A stretch of DNA of 64,000 nucleotides from an uncultured virus (IMG/VR IMGVR_UViG_3300025751_000002) (IMGVR_UViG_3300025751_000002), one strand, 5' to 3'. Shown: positions 8,811-17,264, counted from the stretch's first letter. Translations and numbers: made by a program. The notes: a model not told the origin generated them from the letters alone.

Positions 8811-9061
8811 TGACTGTACTTTCAATCGAAGAAACAATCGTATCTGACACCCATGTCAAAATCACAGCAATTGTTGACGAGATGCGCCTCGTTTATCGCG
8901 CAACTCACTTCGAGCCTGATGAGTGGGCTCCTGCATTGTGTCAAACAACTATTGAGCTGGATCCAGAGGAACCAATCCCTCTTGATGAAGATGGCTTCTG
9001 TGCCTATCTTGATCAGCTCGATCCTCAATGGCAACTACTAGACAAGGATGACATCGAATGA
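8810..9061 (+). CDS. hypothetical acidic protein
   Basis: ATG overlaps the upstream stop. Confidence 0.6.
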   Translation: MTVLSIEETIVSDTHVKITAIVDEMRLVYRATHFEPDEWAPALCQTTIELDPEEPIPLDEDGFCAYLDQLDPQWQLLDKDDIE

Positions 9062-9215
9062 TTGGATTCTCTCTTGAATTTAAGCGCTGGTACTTTGTGC
9101 TGCGTGGTCCCAAAGGTCGTGTTTATCTAGCTACTGGCTTTGCAAAGCGAATGCCAGTCATGACACCGACTGGTACATACACCATCGAACAGTACCAAGA
9201 CCAGTACTGATCCAC

Positions 9216-9243
9216 CGTCCTGGACATGACGTTAAACTGTCCA
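9216..9243 (+). ncRNA. family A pseudoknot leader, copy 2
   Basis: CGTC-c-TGGACA-t-GACG-TTAAAC-TGTCCA. Confidence 0.65.
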
Positions 9244-9265
9244 TTCCACTTACCCACTCAATTCA

Positions 9266-10999
9266 ATGCAGTTCCAATTACCTTCCAACCTCCAAACCGA
9301 ACTCCTTGCCTACGATCCAGCACTGAAGGCGCTGGCTCAACAGGCCAAGCCTAAGACTACCAAGAAAGCTAAGTATCCACTGGGTAACATCCCTCACCTC
9401 ATACCACACAATGTGGTGCGTGAGTCAGATCAGCAGGCTGCGATTGATCACATCAACCAGCAGAAGGCACCTGATCGCTACAAAGTATTTACCACGCCTG
9501 TGGACGTAGCAACTCCGCAAGCTCGCCTCAAAGTCATTGCCATCTTGTATCACTACGAACAGGTGTGGTACGCAGCGTGGCTACCTCCCAAGCAGCAAGA
9601 AGATGAGTATGTTTATGGCCATGCCTATGCCTTCAAGAACACAGCAGCTGCTAAAAAGGTGGCACCTAACTGGATTTGGAACAGCAAGGACAAGTGCATC
9701 GAGCACGAAGGTGGTCGTGGTGTCCAGACCTTTACTTACTCAATGAATATCACCAAGGAAAACATCATTGGTAAAGCTGAGCATGGCTATCAACATTACC
9801 AATGGCGAGCAGGAAATCTTTATTGCCAGAAAGGTTATCAGATCAGAGACAATGCTGTTGAAGCATTTGAGAAAAGCCTACGTCAAAACATTCCCACATG
9901 GGAAGATTCCCGTGGATTATTTGATCGCATCCGTTGCGAGAACATCTTTGATGCAGCAGAGATACCTGGCGGTATGTCTAAGTATCTAGATAAGAACGAT
10001 GGTCTGACTATTGATAACTTAATTAATGCTGCTAAAAAGTTCAATCAGATGGAGAGGGTGTATACATCAGGCACTTATTGCACCTTGGTTAGTGTTGAAC
10101 GCATCATTTCCAAGCCTGCTATTAAGAAACTTTTACAAATACATCTTGACGAATGCACAAGAACTTATAACGATCCAGATAACAATCGCCAGAAACCAAT
10201 TAGGCAAGCCTGGTCTACATTCCTCCAGGTTATTAATGCCATTGATTGGATTAACAACATCTGGCCTGATTGCCCGCTTGATCATTACCAGACTCATTAC
10301 AAGGAACTTCTTTCTATTAAGCTTCATCAAGTTCGTGTGCGCACTATCGATGCTGACAAAACCATACTGATTGATTGGTTGCGTGAACACATGCCTGTTG
10401 CATCACTCTTCAAGATCATGTATAAGTATGTTGAAGAACAGGATTCCAAAACATCATGGATTGACTCTGATGTTGGTTATGCACGGTATGGATTCCATGA
10501 GCTGAATGACACATTCTCCATGGCAATCCGTATCCTTAACCATCGTGGAGAACTTGCACCACCAAAGCGTTGGCGCCTTAGTGAGTTCCATGACTACGTG
10601 CAAGCTGAGTCCTGGAAGATCCAAAATCCCAACGAATCCTTGCTTCAAGATTTATTTCCTGAACCTATCAGAGTTACACGCAATGGTAAAACCTGGTCAT
10701 TCTTCCAGCCTGTTGACACACATCAGTTGGCTATGTGGGGCCAAGCCGTACGCAACTGCGTCGGTTCTGCATCGCACTATGCCGATGACATCAAGAAGCG
10801 TAAGCACTTCATTGTGCTATGCATGATTGATGGTAAGCCTACCTTTACCATCCAACTGGTGGTTGATATGGGTATGATGTCCGTCAAGCAGATTGCTGGT
10901 GTTGCTAACCAGCGTCTCACGGAAGAGCAACGTGAAGCTTACACAGAAGCTTTCCGTGAGGTCTTGCAACAACGAGAGAAGCAGCTACAATCTGCCTGA
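9266..10999 (+). CDS. PcfJ-domain protein
   Basis: C-terminal L..WGQAVRNCVGS..Y...FIVL....FTIQL...QIAGVAN motif. Confidence 0.7.
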   Translation: MQFQLPSNLQTELLAYDPALKALAQQAKPKTTKKAKYPLGNIPHLIPHNVVRESDQQAAIDHINQQKAPDRYKVFTTPVDVATPQARLKVIAILYHYEQVWYAAWLPPKQQEDEYVYGHAYAFKNTAAAKKVAPNWIWNSKDKCIEHEGGRGVQTFTYSMNITKENIIGKAEHGYQHYQWRAGNLYCQKGYQIRDNAVEAFEKSLRQNIPTWEDSRGLFDRIRCENIFDAAEIPGGMSKYLDKNDGLTIDNLINAAKKFNQMERVYTSGTYCTLVSVERIISKPAIKKLLQIHLDECTRTYNDPDNNRQKPIRQAWSTFLQVINAIDWINNIWPDCPLDHYQTHYKELLSIKLHQVRVRTIDADKTILIDWLREHMPVASLFKIMYKYVEEQDSKTSWIDSDVGYARYGFHELNDTFSMAIRILNHRGELAPPKRWRLSEFHDYVQAESWKIQNPNESLLQDLFPEPIRVTRNGKTWSFFQPVDTHQLAMWGQAVRNCVGSASHYADDIKKRKHFIVLCMIDGKPTFTIQLVVDMGMMSVKQIAGVANQRLTEEQREAYTEAFREVLQQREKQLQSA

Positions 11000-11012
11000 A
11001 CCCACACGGTTT

Positions 11013-11046
11013 ACCAGCCTTAGCCTCGATACTAGGGCTGGTTTTT
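11013..11046 (+). terminator. probable intrinsic terminator
   Basis: ACCAGCC...GGCTGGT followed by a T run. Confidence 0.6.
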
Positions 11047-11050
11047 ACCT

Positions 11051-11269
11051 ATGACTGACTACACCGATGACCAACTACTTGCCATGGCCATGGCCAACAT
11101 TGGTGAGTACATCCATGGCAACTCACCTCAGTACATCTTGATCGAAGAAGATCCTCGCAATGAGGATGACTACGACACATGGGAGTACGGCACTGAACCG
11201 TTACCTCAAGATCATACTTGGCACTCCACATCAATTGATGTAGAGGTAAGTCCAAGTGAGGCCGACTAG
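11051..11269 (+). CDS. small acidic protein
   Basis: 72-aa ORF whose stop lies inside the tRNA 5' end. Confidence 0.6.
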   Translation: MTDYTDDQLLAMAMANIGEYIHGNSPQYILIEEDPRNEDDYDTWEYGTEPLPQDHTWHSTSIDVEVSPSEAD

Positions 11270-11336
11270 CCCAATTGGCAGAGGCAGCGGATTTAAGCTC
11301 CGCCAAGTCCCGGTTCGAATCCGGGGTCGGCTACCA
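11260..11336 (+). tRNA. trnL: tRNA-Leu(UAA), short variable loop, encoded CCA
   Basis: GGCCGAC/GTCGGCT acceptor stem, GCGGA-TTTAAGC-TCCGC anticodon arm, CCCGG-TTCGAAT-CCGGG T arm, A-CCA end. Confidence 0.9.
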
Positions 11337-11416
11337 ACCCAAACTCAATTTAGAACCATGCAATCTCACCTCGGGTAGTAACTATTTACTTCGTTTACAC
11401 TAGTAAAAAATGGTTT

Positions 11417-11719
11417 TTGTATATGCAAAATCGTCTTTACTTTCAACGCACAAAGCAAGCTTTAAATAAAGGTAAAGCTTTGTCTGATGAAGAAGTGCTT
11501 GGTTTGTTAAAAAACGACCAAGTTATTCGATCTGTATATGGTGCATTAGAAGATAGTGATCTTGGCTATCCAGGTGCAGCTGAAGTGTTTGCTGAGCCAG
11601 ACACTTATCAACAATTTTTACAAGAGTATATGAATGATGTTATTCCAATGATTGCTGATGACGGTCAAATTATTGAAGTGCCAAAACCTGGTCTTGAGAA
11701 TAAAAGATATTATTACTGA
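11417..11719 (+). CDS. hypothetical protein between the direct repeats
   Basis: 100-aa ORF; start uncertain. Confidence 0.6.
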   Translation: MYMQNRLYFQRTKQALNKGKALSDEEVLGLLKNDQVIRSVYGALEDSDLGYPGAAEVFAEPDTYQQFLQEYMNDVIPMIADDGQIIEVPKPGLENKRYYY

Positions 11720-11723
11720 TTAG

Positions 11724-11751
11724 CTGGGCATTCTTAAGATGTAAGTCCCAG
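11724..11751 (+). ncRNA. family B leader, copy 5
   Basis: CTGGG-CATT-cttaa-GATG-TAAGT-CCCAG. Confidence 0.6.
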
Positions 11752-11779
11752 GCCACCAACCCAAACTCAATTTAGAACC

Positions 11780-12142
11780 ATGCAAATCTTTGCTGCTTTC
11801 AAGCATCTCGTCCCTGAGTTCCATGCATTTGCCGATCAGGATGCACGGTACAACCTTGGTGCCACATGGACAGGACAAGATGGTCTTAAGGACTACCACA
11901 ACGTTGAGTTCAGGTATGTCCATAACTCCGAGCGTCTTGCCCTCCAGGGGGACCCACAACCCGATGGAAGCTGGCGCTACGTAGAACCGAATGGTTCGGT
12001 CCATACGATCTCTCCAGAGCGTGCTAGCGAGTTCCTAGATCGCACTCAGGCGCAAGCAACCATCATGGTATCTATGCTGGAAAAGTTACGTGATGCTGGT
12101 CTTGGTGACAATATCATCGACACCCAAGCACAAAGCGCTTAA
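11780..12142 (+). CDS. hypothetical protein
   Basis: 120-aa ATG ORF. Confidence 0.7.
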   Translation: MQIFAAFKHLVPEFHAFADQDARYNLGATWTGQDGLKDYHNVEFRYVHNSERLALQGDPQPDGSWRYVEPNGSVHTISPERASEFLDRTQAQATIMVSMLEKLRDAGLGDNIIDTQAQSA

Positions 12143-12164
12143 ACTTCTCCTGCACATTTGTTAT

Positions 12165-12189
12165 CCCCCGCTTTTGCGGGGGTTTCTTT
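12165..12189 (+). terminator. intrinsic terminator
   Basis: CCCCCGC-TTTT-GCGGGGG then TTTCTTT. Confidence 0.7.
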
Positions 12190-12190
12190 C

Positions 12191-12511
12191 ATGTCTGAAT
12201 CAGATCAATCCACTATCCAACAAGATATAAACAACTTAGCAAATGAACAAGTCATTGAAACAATCCTTGATGAAGCACCAGCTGATGCATGGATTGCAAT
12301 CAAAGAAGTATTAATTGAAGGCATCATCGATGCAATGCCTGGCCTGGTAATTGAAAAGATTACTGGCAAAGCAGATGACTTTGATCTTCTTCAAGACATC
12401 ATGTTTGATTGCTATGAACTTCCTGATAAGAGGAAGGAACTTCTGGAAGATTCGTTCCAGATCCTTGGTCAACAACAAGTTCTTGTACTGATTGCAAACC
12501 GCCTTCTCTAA
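12191..12511 (+). CDS. hypothetical acidic protein
   Basis: ATG 12191 in ORF 12158-12511. Confidence 0.6.
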   Translation: MSESDQSTIQQDINNLANEQVIETILDEAPADAWIAIKEVLIEGIIDAMPGLVIEKITGKADDFDLLQDIMFDCYELPDKRKELLEDSFQILGQQQVLVLIANRLL

Positions 12512-12828
12512 TGCCTTACAAACTTAAACGACCATGCATCAAATGTGATGGTCAAAACACAAAGGTTGTTTCAACTGATCACATCAATCCTTACCTTATC
12601 AAAAGGTATTGCAAATGTTTTGATTGCGATGCACGTTTTCGTACACTTGAAGTTCATGAACTACCACCCAAAACTCCTGGTCAACCCTTCACAGAAGAAG
12701 AGATCAAAGGGATACGAGAGTTGCATGCACTTGGTTTGAGCAGTGGTCAAATTGCTCTGAAGTACAAACGCAACTCTGGTTCCATTCGCAAGATCATTAA
12801 CAAACAACGTCGCAGTATCATCCAATGA
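12511..12828 (+). CDS. zinc-ribbon (NrdR N-terminus-like) plus HTH regulator
   Basis: CIKC...TKVVST...KRYCKCFDCDARFRTLE followed by an HTH-like segment. Confidence 0.65.
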   Translation: MPYKLKRPCIKCDGQNTKVVSTDHINPYLIKRYCKCFDCDARFRTLEVHELPPKTPGQPFTEEEIKGIRELHALGLSSGQIALKYKRNSGSIRKIINKQRRSIIQ

Positions 12829-13127
12829 CAAGCAACTCCCAGTACATCTACAAGATTGGTGATCGTGTTGCTGAACGCCCCAAGCAACGCGCAATGTTTG
12901 GTGTAAAGAAAGAAACAAAGGATTGGATTAAGAAGAATATCTTCCAAAGATATGGCACAGTAATTGGTATGGTTAACAAACCAAACAAGAATGGACGTAA
13001 GCAAAAGTACCTAATCATTCAATGGGATCACCTCAAAACACCAATGCAACATGCACAAATGCGTATCTGTCCTGCAGATGCTATTGAACAGTTGACTGCA
13101 ACTGGCTATGGTTGCTCTGTTGAATAA
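12825..13127 (+). CDS. hypothetical protein, SH3-like
   Basis: YKIGDRVAE...YGTV...YLIIQWD pattern. Confidence 0.55.
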   Translation: MTSNSQYIYKIGDRVAERPKQRAMFGVKKETKDWIKKNIFQRYGTVIGMVNKPNKNGRKQKYLIIQWDHLKTPMQHAQMRICPADAIEQLTATGYGCSVE

Positions 13128-13133
13128 AAGAAC

Positions 13134-13799
13134 ATGAATGTAAACCTTGTTTGGTCAACGCCAAACGCAGAAGAGATGATCGTTAAGATGGCACGTGTCT
13201 CTGCACCAAAGAATGAAAGCAACATGGACACAGCTCCAAGGTTGATTCGTTACTTGATTAACCACAAACACTGGTCACCATTTGAAATGGCTAACTTATG
13301 TGTTGAAATCAACACAACACGTGCTATCTCAGCTCAGATTTTACGCCATCGATCCTTCTCATTCCAAGAATTCAGTCAGCGCTATGCTGATACCAATCAG
13401 CTTGGCTCTGCAGTAATCCCACACCTACGTAGACAGGATCAAAAGAATCGTCAAAATAGTATTGATGATTTACCAGTTGAACTTGTTGGCTCCTACTACA
13501 GGAGGATCAGTCAGCTGTACGAAGAAAGCGAACATCTCTATAACGAGATGATTAGCAATGGTGTTGCAAAGGAATGTGCACGTTCAATCTTACCTTTATC
13601 AACTCAAACACGTTTGTTTATGAATGGAACACTCAGATCGTGGATGCATTACATTGATCTGCGTTGCTCCAATGGTACGCAGATGGAGCATGCTCAGCTT
13701 GCACGTGAAGCAAAGAAAGTATTCACTAAAGAATTCCCTTTGATTAGTGAAGCAGCATTCAATGAAAAAGCCCTTGTTAATCAAGGGCTTAATGGATGA
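13134..13799 (+). CDS. thyX: flavin-dependent thymidylate synthase
   Basis: HWSPFE and QILRHRSFSFQEFSQRY signature. Confidence 0.95.
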   Translation: MNVNLVWSTPNAEEMIVKMARVSAPKNESNMDTAPRLIRYLINHKHWSPFEMANLCVEINTTRAISAQILRHRSFSFQEFSQRYADTNQLGSAVIPHLRRQDQKNRQNSIDDLPVELVGSYYRRISQLYEESEHLYNEMISNGVAKECARSILPLSTQTRLFMNGTLRSWMHYIDLRCSNGTQMEHAQLAREAKKVFTKEFPLISEAAFNEKALVNQGLNG

Positions 13800-13837
13800 A
13801 TTAAAAAGTAGATACTGATTCTTTCTTCAGTTCTTTC

Positions 13838-13880
13838 ATGGCACGCTTGGACTCAACATCTGAGCGTGTCATCTTTTTCT
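13838..13880 (+). terminator. probable intrinsic terminator
   Basis: ATGGCACGCTT/GAGCGTGTCAT stem followed by a T run. Confidence 0.6.
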
Positions 13881-14166
13881 TTTTGTTCACCAAGTAAATA
13901 ATGAATGCCTGGTTCACTGGATCTGACCTCCGGTTACAAAGGGAAAGTAGCAAGCGTTACGGTACTTCAAGCAGAGCCATGGACGGTGGGCTAGGTTCCA
14001 CCAGGCTTTATCTTGTTGTACTTGTTGATCTTTGTTGTAAGAGCAGCCCCTGTATGTCAATGTCATTTGATTTGGTATCTATTGATACTGAAAGTATATG
14101 ATCATTGATGTATATGAAGCTGTTCGTGCTGTAACACAAACCTCTACATAAGTAAATCTTATGGAT

Positions 14167-14276
14167 AGAGGGTGTGGCTCCACGGTAATCACGTCGCAGA
14201 GCCATTCGTTTACTAACCGAAGGAAGCTACAAAAACTTCGGTTCCCTCTGGACCTGACGTAGCTCTTCTTCGGTCC
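14167..14276 (+). ncRNA. candidate structured RNA with loop-loop pseudoknot
   Basis: four Watson-Crick stems plus AGCTAC/GTAGCT loop-loop complementarity. Confidence 0.55.
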
Positions 14277-14294
14277 TGTTACATTCTACTTGTT

Positions 14295-14322
14295 ACGTCC
14301 TGGGATGACGTTAAACTCATCC
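14295..14322 (+). ncRNA. family A pseudoknot leader, copy 3
   Basis: CGTC-ctgggat-GACG-TTAAAC-tcatcc. Confidence 0.6.
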
Positions 14323-14344
14323 GTATTCCAACTCAATTTCAACC

Positions 14345-15115
14345 ATGCAATTCCTCAAGTTCTCCAACGGCAACAGCAAGCTGACCGATCGCCTTATCTT
14401 TTCTCTGCCTGCTGGTTACACCTGTCCTCACGCTGGTGTCTGCAAAACATTTGCTGATCCAGATACTGGTAAGATTCGTGACCTGCCCCAGTACACAGGT
14501 GTTGAAGCAGCTTATGAGTTTCGTTGCTTTGCTGCACTATCAGAGAAGTATCCCAACGTACGCAACCTGCGTTGGCATAACTGGAATCTGATCCGTGAAT
14601 GTATTGCCAATCAATCTGGTGATGCACAAGCCTATGCATTGCGTGATCTCATCGACGAATCACTGACCATGTGTGCGCCCAAGAAATTGGTACGCATCCA
14701 TGAGTCAGGTGATTTCTGGACAGAGAACTACATGCGTGCTTGGGCAATGGTTGCCATGATGCGCCCATACCAAACGTTCTATGCTTACACCAAGTCACTT
14801 GGTATGTGGCTCAACTTGCAGGATCAGATCCCTGACAATATGAAGCTCACTGCATCTCATGGTGGGACACTTGATTACCTCATCCCTAACCATAAGGATG
14901 TATTCCAACGTATCTCATACGTTGTCTACACAGAAGAACAAGCAGCTGAGCTTGGCCTCGAGATTGACCATGATGACAGTCATTGCCTGGGTGATAAGCC
15001 CTTTGCATTGCTTGTCCATGGCTCCCAGAGGGCTGGATCTGACGCAAGCAAAGCGATCAGTGCACGCAAGAAGGCTGGCAAGTTTGTTGGTTACAACAAG
15101 AACAAAATGAAATAA
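14345..15115 (+). CDS. GP88-like (gene product 88) Cys-containing phage protein
   Basis: GNSKL..IFSLPAGYTCPHAGVC...CFA...VRIHESGDF...FYAYTKS. Confidence 0.7.
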   Translation: MQFLKFSNGNSKLTDRLIFSLPAGYTCPHAGVCKTFADPDTGKIRDLPQYTGVEAAYEFRCFAALSEKYPNVRNLRWHNWNLIRECIANQSGDAQAYALRDLIDESLTMCAPKKLVRIHESGDFWTENYMRAWAMVAMMRPYQTFYAYTKSLGMWLNLQDQIPDNMKLTASHGGTLDYLIPNHKDVFQRISYVVYTEEQAAELGLEIDHDDSHCLGDKPFALLVHGSQRAGSDASKAISARKKAGKFVGYNKNKMK

Positions 15116-15127
15116 CGCCTGATTTAC

Positions 15128-15175
15128 TTGCACATCAGATGGAATTCGGTAGTATGCAACCGTCTTCCATCTGAT
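15128..15175 (+). promoter_or_regulatory. sigma70-like promoter overlapped by an 11-bp inverted repeat
   Basis: TTGCAC-16 nt-TAGTAT; ATCAGATGGAA (15134) and TTCCATCTGAT (15165). Confidence 0.4.
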
Positions 15176-15177
15176 TT

Positions 15178-15411
15178 ATGAGTTACGTCATTGCTTGTTG
15201 GCTGCATGATGCACCACATGCCATTACTGCCAATAGTGAAACGAATCGATTTGATTTAATTCCACTAGAATCTGACGTGGCATTGAACAGGATTTTCTCG
15301 CATCCTTATCGCGCAGGTGCGCAACAAATCTTGTCCTGGATTAACAACAATGACAGTGAACTTGCAAGTAAAGAACTCTCAATTCAAGATGAGTCCCGCT
15401 TCCGCAAATGA
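15178..15411 (+). CDS. hypothetical protein
   Basis: 77-aa ATG ORF upstream of pol. Confidence 0.55.
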   Translation: MSYVIACWLHDAPHAITANSETNRFDLIPLESDVALNRIFSHPYRAGAQQILSWINNNDSELASKELSIQDESRFRK

Positions 15412-17212
15412 AAAGTATCTTGTCTTTGATTTGGAAAGCGATGGACTTTATGACAAAGTAACTAAAGTACATTGCATTGTCATCCATGACATTGGATCCA
15501 ACCAAACTTTTTCTTATGGGCCTGATTGCATTGCTGATGCTATTGCTCATCTGGCAACCGCTGATGTTTTGATTGGTCACAACATCATCTTCTATGACAT
15601 CCCAGTACTAAACAAACTTTACTCATTCACCACTACTTCAGAGATCATTGACACACTCATTTGCACACGACTCATCTGGCCCAAGGAAAAACTCTACGAG
15701 CTTGACCTTGAACAATATCCGGAAGTTCCACCGAACTTACGTGGATCCGCATCGCTTAAGACATGGGGATGGCGATTGGCCGATCATAAAATCGAATTCA
15801 AAGATTTCTCTGAATACTCCAGCGAAATGCTTGCATACTGCAAACAAGACGTTGCTGTTACTACAAAACTTTGGGATCATATCGCCAAGCAATCCTATCC
15901 ACCATCTGCGCTTAAAGTTGAACATGATTTTGCGCTCGCAATTAATAAACAAATTAGAGCAGGTGTTCCATTTGATGTGGATGCATGTCTTGATTTGGTG
16001 GATGATCTCAGAACAAAACAAAGCAAACTTGAAGCAGAATTAAAGGAAGTATTTCCACCTATCCAACACCACACTTGGTTTACCCCCAAGGTAAACAACA
16101 AAAATCGTGGTTATGTAAAAGGAGTTCCTTTTGAAAAGATCCGAACTGAACAATTCAATCCTGGATCTCGTCAACAGATTGTTGATCGACTTAAGCAAAA
16201 GTACGGATGGCAACCAGAGAAAACAACTGAAAAAGGAAATCCAATCCTTGATGATGAAGTTTTAGAAAAGCTCCCCTACCCAGAAGCAAAACCTCTGGCA
16301 GAGTACATGCTCGTCAAGAAACGCCTTGGTCAAATCGCTGATGGGAACAACGCTTGGCTCAAGCTGGTTAATCATGACAGCGGTCGCATGCACGGTGACG
16401 TTGTTACTAACGGCTGCGTCACTGGTCGCTGCGCTCATCGGTACCCAAACATGGGCCAGGTGCCAGCGGGTTATTCAGCTTATGGTAAGGAATGTCGTTC
16501 ATTGTTTCATGCGCCACAAGGATGGAACATGATTGGTATTGATGCCAAGGCATTGGAGTTGCGTTGCCTTGCAGGTTATCTTGCCTTATATGATGATGGT
16601 GAATATGCGCGTGTTGTAACTAATCCTGATATTGATATTCATGTTTATAATCAAGAAAGATTTGGTGTGGCCACCAGGGATATTAGTAAGCGTTTGCTTT
16701 ATGCCTGCCTATATGGGGCAGGTAATTTAAAAGCAGGAACAATTATTGAACCAAATGAAAAGGATGAGGACGTATTGCGTAAAGCAGGAAGAACTGCAAT
16801 CAATTCATTCATGCAAGGTGTACCAGCCCTTAAACAATTGAAAGAAAAAATTGATGACAACATTACACACCGGGGTTATCTTATTGGTCTTGATCGTCGC
16901 GTTCTTTATTGTCGCTCAGCTTTCAAGGGATTGAATGTGCTCCTGCAATCAGCAGGTGCAATCTTAATGAAACAAGTTGTTATTAATGTACATAACAATA
17001 TTAAACAAGTGCTTGGTCTTGAGCACGGCAATGGATGGGAACAAGTTTTAATGGTGCATGACGAGATTCAACTCGTATGTGCACCCAGGTACACAGAACA
17101 AATCAGGGAACAAGCAATGCTTGCTTTCCCACAGGCACAGGAGTTCTTTGGATTCCAGTGCGACATTGAAGGCGATTCTCGTGTTGGGACCAACTGGTCT
17201 GAAACACATTGA
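15389..17212 (+). CDS. polA: family A DNA polymerase (T7-like, 3'-5' exonuclease plus polymerase)
   Basis: ExoI DLESDG, ExoII GHNIIFYD, ExoIII YCKQD; motif A DAKALELR, B KRLLYACLYG, C VHDE. Confidence 0.95.
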   Translation: MSPASANEKYLVFDLESDGLYDKVTKVHCIVIHDIGSNQTFSYGPDCIADAIAHLATADVLIGHNIIFYDIPVLNKLYSFTTTSEIIDTLICTRLIWPKEKLYELDLEQYPEVPPNLRGSASLKTWGWRLADHKIEFKDFSEYSSEMLAYCKQDVAVTTKLWDHIAKQSYPPSALKVEHDFALAINKQIRAGVPFDVDACLDLVDDLRTKQSKLEAELKEVFPPIQHHTWFTPKVNNKNRGYVKGVPFEKIRTEQFNPGSRQQIVDRLKQKYGWQPEKTTEKGNPILDDEVLEKLPYPEAKPLAEYMLVKKRLGQIADGNNAWLKLVNHDSGRMHGDVVTNGCVTGRCAHRYPNMGQVPAGYSAYGKECRSLFHAPQGWNMIGIDAKALELRCLAGYLALYDDGEYARVVTNPDIDIHVYNQERFGVATRDISKRLLYACLYGAGNLKAGTIIEPNEKDEDVLRKAGRTAINSFMQGVPALKQLKEKIDDNITHRGYLIGLDRRVLYCRSAFKGLNVLLQSAGAILMKQVVINVHNNIKQVLGLEHGNGWEQVLMVHDEIQLVCAPRYTEQIREQAMLAFPQAQEFFGFQCDIEGDSRVGTNWSETH

Positions 17213-17217
17213 TTGCC

Positions 17218-17244
17218 CGTCCTAAGTATGACGTTAAACTGCTT
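17218..17244 (+). ncRNA. family A pseudoknot leader, copy 4
   Basis: CGTC-ct-AAGTA-t-GACG-TTAAAC-TGCTT. Confidence 0.65.
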
Positions 17245-17264
17245 TAACACTGCTTTTTTACGCA

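Larger units (their letters stand above)
11333..11785 (+). repeat. 31-bp exact direct repeat (11333-11363 and 11755-11785)
   Basis: ACCAACCCAAACTCAATTTAGAACCATGCAA occurs twice. Confidence 0.9.

Noticed and set aside
9216..9243. Family A as pistol ribozyme or preQ1/SAM-II riboswitch
   Set aside because: The hairpin plus TTAAA resembles the pistol 5' part, but P2/P3 and the cleavage-site core are missing; the ligand-binding nucleotides of the small pseudoknot riboswitches are not evident.
13901..14205. ORFs 13901-14101 (+) and 14008-14205 (-) as real genes
   Set aside because: No recognisable motifs or typical leader; the region is better explained by RNA structure.
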